Source: Oculina patagonica
Taxonomy: Eukaryota
NCBI RefSeq assembly: GCF_052425735.1
Contig: NC_135759.1
Location: forward strand, 16,182,001-16,246,000
Reading direction: 5' to 3'
DNA: 64,000 nt
The position numbers were made by a program, and so were the translations under genes. Shown here one piece after another: positions 26,601-39,300 of this stretch. Position 1 is the first letter of the stretch, and each line of letters opens with the position of its first letter. The notes under the pieces were generated by a model. The model was not told where the DNA came from. It worked only from the letters and a program-made list of their open reading frames with translations, and made no database searches.

Positions 26601-29600
26601 AATGCAATGTATCAAAGTTACATTAAAATTTAATTTAACCATACTTATCCATTATTACTAGAAAGAACAGGATCTAACAACTCTTACATCCCAACAGAGT
26701 GGAAACTTTAATTCAACCTTAACCCCCCGCACCTCTGTTTTAACTCAAATTGTCTCGACTGATACATCCTACTCTCCTATTTTTCTGCTATTTTGTTTAG
26801 TTATTTAATTTTGATTTTTGTTTTTGCCTTGTGGCGGACGTGACTGCTTTGCAGTCTATTGGTCCCTTATGCTTACAACACACCCCTTTCCCAATACCTA
26901 CACACATTTTCCATCCCCTTTATATGTACCCGCTGATCTCAGTGGTGGCTTGGGAACCCATTCATTTGTGGATCCCATACTATAACACCTTTAAAGCCAC
27001 AAAGGTTGCTAGTGAATCTACTGTTTTTATCATTTTTTTTTTACACAGCAAAAGTGATTACATCATTAGCCTGTGTACATTGAGGGGAGGGGTGGATGTA
27101 CATGGGCTAAAACTAATAGTGATAGGTTCAAGGGATTCACCTTCCAGTAACGGTTGTTTGTCAACTGGAAGTCAGTAGAGAAAAATAATCCACCACAGCA
27201 AATTGTGAATTTGTCCATGCATGCAGCTGTAAATTGAAATGGAATGTACTCATACAAACTATTACTAAAGAAAGGTCAAATTAGCTTCCTGCCCACATTT
27301 TTAGGGCTGTACCTTATGAGAGGGGGGGGGGGGAGGGGAAAACTAAAAACTAAAAATCTAAGAAAACTGAAGAAAAAAAAGAAAAACTAAACTAAAAAAA
27401 CCCAGTTGCCTTGGCCAGGAAAACTTGCCCCCGCAGACAAAAAATGTAGTGACCTCCTAATACGCGCGGGGATGACCAGCTTGTATAACAAACGATTGCA
27501 AGAGATCGCAATTTTCATGTTTAAAGTGAAACATAGATTACTGCCTAGCAACGTAGTAGAGCTTTTTCCTAGATCACCCTCGAGCTATTGCTTAAGGAAC
27601 TCAGACTTTTACGTACCAAGAGTAAGAACTGTCAAGTACAGGAAACATTCCCTTCGTTTCCTTGGGCCATTGATGTGGTCGAAATTAGACAATAGGGACA
27701 AAAACGAAACGTCCTTGCAGCGATTCAAGGCGAACATCAGGGGAAGGGACCTCAGTGGACTTGTCGGAGGAGACACATGCACACGAGCAATGAGCCGAAA
27801 GCACCCTATTAGTATTAACTATAGGTTCGATATTCGGTATTTTAAAGTAGTATTGTAGGAATTAGATGTAAATACAAAAGGTGTTGGAAAATGTAGTATA
27901 ATTTAATGTAAATAAACCAGAATCGTTTTTTATACATAATATTATATTTTAATTTAAACAGTGTCCCCGATTAGTAAGCTTAAGGCTAGCTAGAAGACCA
28001 GACACTTAAATAAAGTTCTTCTTCTTATTATTATTATTATTATTATTGGTCCCTTATGCTTACAACACACCCCTTTCCCAATACCTACACACATTTTCCA
28101 TCCTCTTTATATGTACCCGCTGATCTCAGTGGTGGCTTGGGAACCCATTCATTTGTGGATCCCATACTATAACACCTTTAAAGCCACAAAGGTTGCTAGT
28201 GAATCTACTGTTTTTATCATTTTTTTTTACACAACAAAAGTGATTAGCCTGTGTACATTGAGAGGAGGGGGTGGATGTACATGGGCTAAAATTAATAGTG
28301 ATAGGTTCAAGGGATTCACCTTCCAGTAACAGTTGTTTGTCAACTGGAAGTCAGTAGAGGTAAATAAACCGCCACAGCAAATTGTGAATTTGTCCATGCA
28401 TGCAGCTGTAAATGAAATGGAAAGTACTCATACAAACTATCACTAAAGAAAGGTCAAATTAGCTTCCTGCCCACATTTTTAGGGCGGTACCTTACGAGGG
28501 GGGGGGGGGGGCAGTTGCCCATGCCAGGAAAACTAAAAACTAAAAATCTAAGAAAACTGAAGAAAAAAAAGAAAAACTAAACTAAAAAAACCCAGTTGCC
28601 TCGGCCAGGAAAACTTGCCCCCGCAGACAAAAAATTCTACGTACAGCCATGATTTTACTTTTCTTATGTTGGTGAGTAGTTAGTTGGACAATCAAAAATT
28701 ATTATTTTGATCTCCTTTCATCATTTTCTGTTTTGTTAGGGTGTGAAAAGTTTCTCAAGAGCTGTCCTGTTACAACCTGATGATTTGGAGGTAAGAAAAT
28801 TTCGATGAGTGAAAAAGGAGTTTGTCATATGGTGAAACACGACTCTTTTGTGGTGAACACAGTGAAATAATTTTGTACTCGTGATGTTGGTTTACAAGGT
28901 GTGATGTGAGAGGCATGTGGAAAGCTAGTAAATCCAGAAACAGAACCTGAAGTTTTAGTATTGTTACTCACTCTATCTTAGAAAACACTATTGTCTCCAA
29001 TTGCCACTTTATTCCAAGCCTACATAGCCGTACCCACCCTCCAGAGGAAAAACGTTTTCCTGGGGGGCTGGGTATGGCTACGCTAGGCTACTTTAATTTA
29101 TTCCCAAATAATGAATTGAAGGGACAAATTATTCCAGTCTAAGGCCCGGGGGGGGGGGGGGACTCCCATATTAAATGGACGGGGATGCTCGTCGGAAATT
29201 TTGAAATGAACCCCTAAAAGAGACCAATCTGGGCGTGTCTCAAGCTATTTTAGACCCCTAAAAGATACCAACATTCTGAAAAAAGAACTTGTGTTTGTAA
29301 TTTTTTATCGTGTGTAACCCTAAACGAGACCCTGAAGGCTAACAATATTGCCATTTTCCCCCAAACACCCTAAATGAGACCCTAAGTCCGAAATTTACAC
29401 CCTAAGCGAGACGACGAGCATCCCCGTTCCTTTCATATGGGAGTCCCCCCCTGGGTCTAAGGATACAAAGTGACATCGCTCAGCACTTCTTTGGGCATAG
29501 CTGAAGCAGGAACTTAAAAGCTCGATTTTGCAGCGAAAGAGGTGAAATTTTAGAATGCTTGTTTCTGCATGATAGAGACGTGAAACCCACAAAAACCCAG

Positions 29601-30192
29601 TATCCCAAATAAACACTATAAACTTGGTTTAGGAAGGTAATAAAAGCTAATAGCAAATTATTTTTGCCATTAGAATGATGTTGCAGTTGCACTGGCAAAA
29701 ATGATTTTGCTCCGTGAGTGAAAATGATTTTGCTTGAATAAAAATAATGATTTGTTTTGAGTAAAAATGATTTGTTTTGAGTAAAAAACGGTTGACTGTT
29801 GTGGGCCACTGAGCTCACGACTCTGGAGTCTGCAGGTGTTGTTTGGGTGTCACAGAATGCTTTTCTGTTTGTCAAATTCAAAAAACAGCTACACATAGAA
29901 AAGATACTTTTTGGTGGCCTGATGGTAAATCTTAACCCCATTTTAAACTTTATATTACAATAAATATTAATTTTTGTAAATTTTACTACAGATGTGGACT
30001 GAAGACTTGAAGTGGGCGTGGAAACTGAGAGACCAAAAACGGAAACAGGATAAAGAAGATCAGAACTGCCAGTCTGCCCAAGAAAGCAGGGAACTACTGG
30101 AATTATATGCTGCTGATCTAGAACATGAAAATGATATAGAAGCACCAATTCTCAAAAACAATAAGAATGAGCCTGCAAAAGATGTCACATGA
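23619..30192 (+). CDS. TTC33: Tetratricopeptide repeat protein 33, 230 aa; exons 23619-23845, 24335-24416, 26294-26425, 28740-28790, 29992-30192
   Basis: MATSFGWKRK start, EGVSLAE..RYWEAI.RW.EA..LTPN..LYEMKSQ, QTLGRAQ and WTEDLKWA match vertebrate TTC33 as recalled. Exon phases are consistent if intron 3 uses a GC donor at 26426. Confidence 0.93.
23879..24269. mobile_element. Degenerate pogo-type MITE in TTC33 intron 1
   Basis: CAGTAAAAG..CTATTAAGTCCCC / GGGGTACTTAATAGGGCTTTTATTG|TA. Confidence 0.55.
24574..24898. mobile_element. pogo/Tigger-type MITE, TA TSD
   Basis: TA|CCGTAGAATTCCGGTTATAAGCC...GGCTTATAACCGGAATTTTACGG|TA; internal GGGCTTATA repeats. Confidence 0.9.
24905..25654. mobile_element. 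hAT-like non-autonomous element, 5-bp TSD ATCTA
   Basis: ATCTA|CAGTGCTCGACACTAAC...GTTAGTCTCGAGCACTG|ATCTA. Confidence 0.85.
26857..28635 (+). repeat. ~590-bp direct duplication (26857-27445 and 28044-28635) flanking the LINE fragment
   Basis: Both copies run from TATTGGTCCCTTATGCTTAC to CCCCGCAGACAAAAAAT with few differences. Confidence 0.92.
27446..28043 (+). mobile_element. 5'-truncated non-LTR retrotransposon (CR1/L2-clade ORF2 C-terminus, 3' UTR and (ATT)n tail)
   Basis: Peptide SLYNKRLQEIAIFMFKVKH..LP..LF...YCLRNSDF.VPR.RT.KY.KHSLRFLGP.MWSKL...SL..FK; AATAAA near 28008 followed by (CTT)(ATT)n. Confidence 0.85.
28480..28651. mobile_element. hAT-like MITE, 5-bp TSD ATTTT (truncated twin at ~27301-27445)
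   Basis: ATTTT|TAGGGCGGTAC...GTACAGCCATG|ATTTT. Confidence 0.6.
29145..29455. mobile_element. CCC..GGG-ended MITE with poly-G/C TIRs, 7-8-bp TSD (G)TCTAAGG; related degenerate copy at 60847-61165
   Basis: GACTCCCATAT..GGGGATGCTCGTCG / CGACGAGCATCCCC..ATATGGGAGTC inverted repeats. Confidence 0.8.
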
Positions 30193-31443
30193 TGACAATG
30201 ATAATGATGCAATAATTTTTTTCCTGGAGTAATAGTTACTGATTACAAGTACATTTTGTGTACTGCAAGTTGCAAGCTGTCTTGTGGGCAGTTATAATCA
30301 GGTCACAAAGACCTGTCTCACTTATAATCAGGTCACAAGCTTGGTGTAGGATCTGACATCGTCACAATTTGAAATCAGGAAACAAGCTTAGCGCACAACC
30401 TTTCATCAGTCACTAGGAAGCTTGTCACATGTTATCTGGTCTTGAGCTTGGTACAAGACTTGTTGCACTTGTTATTGGGTCACTAGCCTGCATGGAAGTC
30501 AGAATGGGAAGGAGAAGCCATGTAATTTCAGCAGAAGCACAAGGAGAGAGAGAAAGTGCAAGTCCCCTAATAAAGCACCCTCAATAAAAATTAATTACCA
30601 ATACCCCTTACATCTGTGGCATGGTTGCCAGATATCGGTTCTCAAAATTTCCTGACGTTTCCCCAATAAAAATAAAACTTTCCTGACCAAATAAAAAAGT
30701 CAGATATAGTACTGGCCTCATGCCTCCCCTTCAAAAAAAGCATTGCTGACATCACAGTAACCCAAGCCTACAATGGTTCTAAATCAGCAGCATTATAACA
30801 ATTTTCCCTGACTTTTCTTCAAAATGTCAATTTTCCCTGGCTCAAAATAAATTCCCCGACTTTTTCCAGACCTTCAAGATTTTTTTCCTGACCATTTCAT
30901 GACCTGTAGCAGCCCTCTGTAGGTAATAAATTTTTTGTTACTTGGTACAGAATCAGCCATGTTTGGACTGGAAGGAGAGGTTGTTCAGTCTGCCAAAGTA
31001 ATTTCACTTGCACCACCTACAGTAGTATTATATAACCAGAATGGGCAAAAGGGCAATATTGCCAGGGCCATCATTCTTGGGCAATCAACAGTAACTTGCA
31101 TTGGAAGCTCTAGTCCTAAATCGTTCAGCAAAGAAGCCAGAAACCCTCTGACTTTCAGCCTGTTCATTTTCTGCAAAGAGAAGCAATTGAATGCTAATCA
31201 ACAGGCAGCTCGAAGCTATGAGGCCTTCCAAGAGGGTTTCTGATGTCGCTTTCTTGCTCGTTTGCAACCCACTTCTTGCCTATTTGGCGAGGGAAACATT
31301 GTTGCTGTTGCAACAGTGCTAGTTTCTATCAGCTGTCAGTGCTCTGGAACAAGATTGTCGCTCCATTTTTAGCTATTTTGGAGCAATGTCGCCTGTCGCC
31401 AAAACCCCTTAGAAGGCCTTGGCTAAAATGGTAACATGAACTC

Positions 31444-31488
31444 AATAAAATAATAACAAAAATGACCTTTTATGACATTCTTTTTATT
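31444..31488. terminator. Convergent polyadenylation signals (+ AATAAA 31444-31449; - AATAAA 31488-31483)
   Basis: Opposed hexamers 33 nt apart between convergent TTC33 and adducin. Confidence 0.45.
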
Positions 31489-32583
31489 CATTGAGTAAAA
31501 CCATTACATTATTTAATTTTATTTTCATAGTCTCTGCGCCGACATAAAATAAAATTCCTAGGCTAAAATCTGCAGTAAAAAGTGTGTCGTACTTACTCTC
31601 AAACAGATGTTGAATACACAAGTCTTGTTTTCGAGAGCAAATCAGTAAAATAATAGAGCTAACTACATGCTAAGATACACTTCTTGGTGTTGCTTCGGTG
31701 TTTCAAGATTAATTGAAATAATATTTGTATAACTATTAATAATTTGCTAAAGGGGGGCTACTAAAATTCACATTTTCGACTGATAACAATGCTATTTGGT
31801 GGTAGTGCTATATTGACTTTTTAGCAAATGTTGCCAATAAGGACAACACAAACACGAAAAAAAAATCAATTAATCTTGCACTGAAGCTGTTCTGCATTTA
31901 TACACAACACACTGTGAAAACAAGTACATACTAACAGTAAAAATCAGATACTTTCCTTTGCTCAAAAGAAATACACATATTGCATTTCTTGTACTGGTAG
32001 TTGTTGATCATGCAAAAAAATATAGAAAAAAAAAAACACTATTTGAACTCAGGTAAAGAAAAAAATAGTCATTAACTACATGTAGAATGCCCTCTTGGTA
32101 TCATGGTGTTAACCTTTGAGTACCTGCGCAAAATGAGTGTGGCAATTAAACTTAAAACTTATAAGTGTGACAACTGAAAATAGAACTTAACACTTCATGC
32201 CAAGCTGTTTGATTTTTTAATTTTTTTCAAAATGGAAATTTCAAACAATTGTCACACTTGCAAACAGTAAGGTCAAAATAATGTAAGCTTGATCTAACCA
32301 AGTTTTAATAATCAAATGAAATAAATGGAATAGTTAGCTATCGTAACAACCAATTATTTGTCCTGAGGATTAAGGCTCTTTTCAGCAAGCAAGAAAATGG
32401 CAAATTTTCATGTTACGTTTATTAACCCAATTTTTGGTGCAAATAGCGTTACAAGTTATACATTATACCCTTGTTAAGGTCTTGCTTAGAGCACTAACTG
32501 GATTTCAGTACCAGCCTGTTTCCTCATTAACTTAAAAACCCACTAACAATGAGCTCAATGTTAGGCATGTTACATACCAATAA

Positions 32584-32794
32584 CCCTTTCAGTCCCAAAG
32601 TTCAAATATCAAATTCTCCTTACACATCACCACACATTTCTCTTGGTGAACGTTTTGAGAATTAGATGGTGTATCAAGATAATAATCTCTTTGCTGTCAT
32701 AATAATTTTCTTTGTTTTCATCACTTGTCACTTTGACAGTGTATTTGTATCGTAAGGATAGAATAGTTTTGGATCACATTTGGGATTTTAAGGG
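32584..32794. mobile_element. piggyBac-like MITE remnant in the adducin 3' UTR
   Basis: TAA|CCCTTTCAGTCCCAAA...TTTGGGATTTTAAGGG|TT. Confidence 0.5.
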
Positions 32795-33352
32795 TTCAGA
32801 ATTTTCGTTTTGTTTGCTCATGCAACTTTAAGGATAAAAATCATTCAAGACAAAAATAACTTACACTAAAATAAAGTTCAATAATGTTAAAAACTCTAAA
32901 TCACATTTAACGCCTACAGACAAACAATTGTAATTAACACAAAATATCACTTTAACTGACGAGACACTTAGATCGAGAAAGGTTTTTGGTTCACACAAAT
33001 AAAGTTTAATTGGCTACTACAGTCTGTATGATTACATCTAAACCATGCATTCTTAAAGAGAAAATAAAATTTGCGTGGTTTCTTTTTCTTTCCTTTCTGC
33101 TTTTCATGTAACATTTTTGTTTACTAACTCTCTTTTTAGGCGCACATCACTAACACATAAAGCTAGGCTTTTAATTTTCATCCCATGTCAGGGGTTAACA
33201 ACCCCTTAATAAGATTTTCAACTTTTATACATTTCAAAACAAGCAGATTTGTTTGTTAGGGTTACGTAATATTCCAACTGGTTGATTTGCACTGTAAGTC
33301 AATGCCAAATAAAACTTGACCCTCACCATGCCTGGATCACTCAGAAGGGGCA

Positions 33353-36300
33353 CTACTCTGCCTTTTCTGCACTAGCCTTTTCTCCCTCGTTCTGGTACTT
33401 AGTAGGTCGTTCACCCTTCTTGCTGAACTTCTTCACCAAAGCATCTTTAAAGCTCTTCTTCTTCTTCACTTTAGTACCCTTCTTCTTTGTCGGGCTCTCT
33501 GGCTCTGGAGAATCAGCATTGGGAGCCAACAGCTCCCCATCTGCACCATCCTCGTCAACATCCTCTGTGCTCTTTTCGTCGCCTGCCTCACCATTCACTT
33601 CTGTTGTGACCACAACTCTCTTCTCTTTTGTCTCATCACCATTGATCCCTTTCTCAACATGAACTGTTTCAGTGATCACCACTTTAGATGACTTGACGAT
33701 CACCTCTTTGTTCTCAGGCATCTGATGAAAGAGAAGAATCCAATTACATTATGAATCTCAGAATGACTGCAGGGTGCAGGGTTCTCATTAGAAGACGGGA
33801 CCAGGGTCACAGAACCAGGATACACAAGAGTCAGTACTTGGCTACTTTCAAATGGAACATAAAGAAATTTGCTGCATCGTGTTCCTTTTTGCCCAACTAC
33901 TTTCCTTTTGGTGCCTTCCTACTTTAAAACTTAATGAAACCCCTGAGGGTGCCCGAAGGCACTCATAAAAGAATCTTGGGTGCCCAACTCTTAAAAGCCT
34001 TCATGATAGCAAAGTTATACAAGTTGATTAAAAAGACAAAAGTAAGTCGCCTGTGACACCCTGGCTCTACTAAGGCACAGCTCTGAGTGCAGTGTTCTCC
34101 CAAGGTATTTAAGGCCAGGCGGGCCGCCTAGCTTGATTCACAGGAAAATTTTTGCCGCCTGGCTTAAAATTGAAGATTAAATACAACGTAACCTTAAATT
34201 GAAATCTGAATCTGAGGATTCCTATTAAGAAAATAAGAGATCGCTTAATGAAGTTGATGAAACTGAATGGTTTTTATTTTTACTGAGTTTTCTCGCCATT
34301 AATACGATTATAAAAGTGATTCACCCTCGCATTAATATGTTCAAACCTGTGATGCATTTTGTTGGATGGCAGCTATCTTTATTAAATTGTCACAGGAACA
34401 CAACAAAACTTCAAAGTGTCATACCCAGGAAACTAAACGAAATTCCCGTGTTTGTGGAAAGAATGGTGAACTCAGTTGACTTGGGTTGCTCGGAACAGAA
34501 ACAAAAAGCTTCTCAAAGCCTGACGGAAAGAAAATAAGTTCATTTCTTACTCTGGAAAAGAGACAGAAAAGTAATAGTAACGTGGGGGAACAAGTTCCGC
34601 AAATCAGGTTTTGACATTTGAAAATCACAGTCAGAATACCACCTGGCCTTCCCAAAATCCTAGGGAGAAGACTGGAGTGATACTACACACTAAAATGTCT
34701 AATAAGGATGTATTATCCCACATTTTGGTCTTTACCTGTTCCAAGTCTTTGTCGACCCTCTCCGGTACAAGATCCTTTATCGTAACAGGTTCATCACTTT
34801 CCAACTCAACTTTCTCCTTGTCCTTCTTGTATTCTGTTGACTTGACTGGGGTGTTCAGCCATTTCACACGGTTTCTGTATGTGTTTGCACGGCCTGTGGA
34901 ATGTGCTCTTCTGACGGGTGTTCGTTCAATCTCTGGTGTGTAGAACATCTTTGCACGAGTGGATGACACTGTTGAAGGAGTCGTGACTTCCCTCTCGGGA
35001 GGCTTTTCACCATGGAACACTTCTGGATTTCTGTATACGTAACCTGTCTTGTAGCCCTGTAAATAACAAACCAGACCAACAGCCAACAATTTAATTATTA
35101 AAGTGACGGCATCACTAGTACTCTTATCCATGCACATTCTCCTTGGCTTTAAGTCACATTTCTCTACACCTGCGCTTGAATTTACCCCAAACACTCATCG
35201 CACCTCAAAGTTTTCAACAACATGAGTGCCTGACACTGTTTATATGCATGGATGGAAACTCTGAAGCTTGTAGTGCAAATTTGGTCCTCTGTTAACTTGT
35301 ACATGAACTGAATGTCACAGTCTCATATTTTGTCAAGCTTTTGGCAAAACAAAGTGTTCAATGCATACAGTCACTTACTTTATTTATGAAACCATTACTT
35401 GAATGTGCATGCCATGTGGTAAACTAGACTTAACATGTTTGGGTCACTGATGAAAAGGTTCCTTGTGGAAAGCAGAGCGCACACATAATCCACAAGATAT
35501 AGTGTACAAGTCTATCTTATCAGCCAAATAGGAGGGCCCTGCTGGAAGAATAATGCCACCCTATGTCTTGACAGTAAGAGCCTCACTGCACTTGATCCAT
35601 ACAGAAAAGACCAAGGGCCTGTATTCTTTATGTATGGTCCCAGGCAAGTCCATGAAAAATAGCTGTTGAAATTTTACCCAGCCCAAGTGCCCTGATTGGT
35701 TGATTTTAGTGGTTTGTCCTTGTGACTGTCTTAGTCATGTAATAATGTACTGTACTGTCAATACAGGTTTCACTGTACAACAAAAACAAGATAAACGTGT
35801 GACCTTTGAACTTACCATAGAATCCAGTAAACGCATCCATGCTTCAAACTCCATCTCCCCTCTCTTCCATTTCATTTCACCGGAATTCACCCCGCCACCA
35901 CCTTCTTGAACTGTCTCATTGACTTGATCTCTTGCAAAATCTTCACACTTAATCAGATTGTCAACTCCAGCACCAACAGCCTTCACCTGTCGATACAGCA
36001 ATTTATTATATTTTTATAAAACAATTGAGCGTCAGTTTATGTTATGATTGGTCAATTCATGGTCTTTACAGTTCTGTCTGAAAGTACTGGTGTTAGTTGC
36101 CATAGGCGTACTGTGACACATGTAACACATAGGGGTGTAACGATACATCGAACTATAGATGCATCGCGATTGGGAGTGTTCCGATAGCGATGCATTGATC
36201 GCAAATTCAACTATCAATAACAATCGCGATAGACTTGTTAATTATCGATAGTTACGATAGTTTTTCAAATGGTGTTCTGTAGTACTTTTCCTTGAATGAA

Positions 36301-39300
36301 AAATGCCTCTCTTGTTCTCTGCCATCCTTTCTTGGCTTTCTGTTCATTGTTTCAGAATCCGTACTGTTTTACAAGCCATAAAAGCAAACTTCATGGACGT
36401 CGCTCGTCTCTGGGACCTTATCTGCGTTCAAAATGGTGGTTCGAATATTAACTCCACCCCCCTCTTAGAGAAAGAAATGATTACAATGCTACAAAGTCAC
36501 TAATTAAAATACTATCGCAATAGTGTCACTACTATCACAATAGTATTGCAATAGTAATTTGACTATCGTAATACTATTGCAATAGGCAAAATGACCCCAA
36601 TAGTCACCCCTAGTAACACACAAGTAAATATTGTATGTGACCTCACACGGGAAAACGTACACTAGCGCTTATTCGTTAAACGGCAGAAAACGGACGGATA
36701 AAAAACGTACAGTAAACGCTTTTTTAAAGCGTTAAACGGCGACATGAAGCATTACAAACGGTAAACGAAACGCTAAGAACGGAAAGCTAAAAGCGTTTAA
36801 CGATGAGGTTAAACTTGCGAACGCTTAACTCGAAGCGTTTAACGATAAAGTAAAATTTGCGAACGATTAGCTCGTAGCGTTTAACGATGAAGCAAAATTT
36901 GCGAACGGCAGACAAAAACGGTTAAATAAACAGAAAAACTTAAACAATGAAGCTAATAGAACCACAACAACAACAAACTTCAAAATTAAATGGTGATGTT
37001 TAATAGGCCATAAAACTTATGGTAAGCTTATGTTTTATCAACTCCGAGCCCTTTAATACAAGCATTCGCGAAAATCACTCATTGTCGTAAAACTAAACTA
37101 AGAAATACTTACCCAACGGTAAGCTTCATCTGGACTCAGTCTGGGAAACTAAACAACTGAATGCAGACATGCATCTTCGTCTAAAAAAGTTTTCTAGCGG
37201 CAACAACTCCAACTTTTTTATCCTTTCCAGAACAAATCCAGCTACATTCACATTTCCGTCTCTCAAATTATTAAATGTAAATGAGGAAACATGAACATCC
37301 TTCTAAAAAGAAGATTTATAACTGTAGAAGAAAGAAGTTAGAGAGAAATATACGGCCGCTTCCCTGACAAAACATGTCTCGAGCGAACGACTGTCACGTG
37401 GAATTTGTCGGCGTATATATACCGTAAAGTTCCATGTATAAGCCGCACCTTTTTCCTTAAAATCTTAGTCAAAAATCGGGGGTGCGGCTTATCTACGGAA
37501 ACATCTATGGTTGGAGTTCCCAAAGGCCTAATTAATATTCATAAAAAATTTTTCAAGACACCACTGAATAAACATATAACAACCTGAAAACTTTGTTGTC
37601 GTTCACTGCCTTTTCTTTCCTCTGCAAAGTGTTTGCAGTGACGCCTGCCGGTCACTTCAACGCTTGCCTTTCCGCCGCGTCCGAGAATTACCAACATAAT
37701 CGCAAGTACTCACGAGGCAAAAAATGCCTGACTGCTTCGCTTTTTTATTGACCTTCACAGCAATTGAATCTTTTCGATTATCAAACTCCTATTCTGCATG
37801 AAGTTTTTATACTGTTGCGGGTAGCAGTCTCCAAGAATCTTGAAAACGTGGTTTCTTTATACGAGAGTCTACGAGGGCCAAACCAAAGGAAAATGCCGCC
37901 ATGTTTGTTTTGTGATGCCCAGACTCCTCTCCACATTTCAAGCTTGGTTACTAAGCATTCATTCGCGTACGAATTTCACAGCTGATTTCATCGAGTGTTT
38001 AGACGTGAATTTCTTGAAAAAATGACATAAAGAGAGCATCTCAAGTTTAAGATATTGTGAATTCAAACTAAAAAGAAGGTATGACAAGTGAAATTTTGCT
38101 TTCATAAGACTTAATTCATATTGAACATTGCAACAACTGCCGTGTCAGTGTTTTGAAACCGTGCTTGTTTGTCCTTGTTTGTTTACCAATAGAACTTCAC
38201 TTGAACTTCAAACTTTTTTGTCTGTATTTTTTTTTCTCGAAATTTGAGCTTCCAAATCGGGGGTGCGGCTTATCTACGGGTGCGGCTTATACACGGAACT
38301 TTACGGTAGTCGTCCTTTGTACCGTCGAGAACATTCGAAGTCCTGCTTGTCTTGAACGATTTTCTCACAATCTCTTCCATAATTTCTGCCCAAGACTATT
38401 TCTGCTGCCTCACCTTAATCTTTTGCAGAATCAACGCTTTCGTGACTCAATCAACGCTTTCAGTGAGCTGACTAGACTTTCGTTTCACTTGTTTTGGCGA
38501 CGTCAGAAACTGACCAATCAGAAGCGATTGTTCCCACGACTCAGAGTAAACATTGCAACACGATCTGCTGATAGAAATCGGCTGCGTGAAATTTTAGTTC
38601 AAAACCAGTTCAAAAACCGAAAACTTATAATACAGTTGTCTTCTAAAAAACACACAGGAGCGTTTGATCGGATTCAGGATACGTTTTTCGTTTTGATGAC
38701 ATTTTAAGCTCACCACAGTTCAAGTGGGTCGCTTGATTTGTTCGCTGGCGGCTTCATCCGGAATTCACCGATTCCGTATTCTGTTGTTCTGAACTTGAAG
38801 ATTTTTAGTTGTTTGAAAAAACGACTAGATTTTGATGATGATCGATTACCGCTTAATTCTACGGAAGAACGTGTGATTGTTTGAGATAGGATTCTGAACT
38901 CAGGTAAATATTTATTCGTAAGTATCGTTTTGACTACAATAATATAATATGCTTCCAGCATGTAAACGCCGATCCATTAAATTCGTATTCTATTTGTGAT
39001 TTGTTGTTGTTTTCAATGAGAGAAATGCGATGTAATAAAGATTTGCTGCGCTTGGATAAAGTTTGAACAGAATATTGGGTCTCGACTTGTACTTGTAGCC
39101 GAGTATGTAGGGTATTTTTCGTTAGACTCTACAGGGTTTGATAGCCAAAAGTTTAGCGTTTGGGCCTATAGCCTAATAAATACGGACAGTGCTTGCCGTT
39201 TTAAGGTTTAAAAAAACGTTGCTAAAAAATTTTGAACGGAAATGACTTGCCGTTTAACGAAAAGGTCTTGCCGAGGGAACGGATGCTAAAATTTTCGAAC

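Noticed and set aside
29480-30148. 222-aa minus-strand ORF
   Set aside because: Overlaps the TTC33 last exon and intron in antisense; non-ATG start and no domain.
35445-35480. CTGATGA...GAAA hammerhead-like string (similar ones near 10149 on the minus strand and 32956)
   Set aside because: Stem II does not abut GAAA, and stem I and the cleavage triplet are missing.
38153-38707. 184-aa ORF inside the 2.9-kb element
   Set aside because: Spans a MITE boundary; no transposase motifs on this strand.
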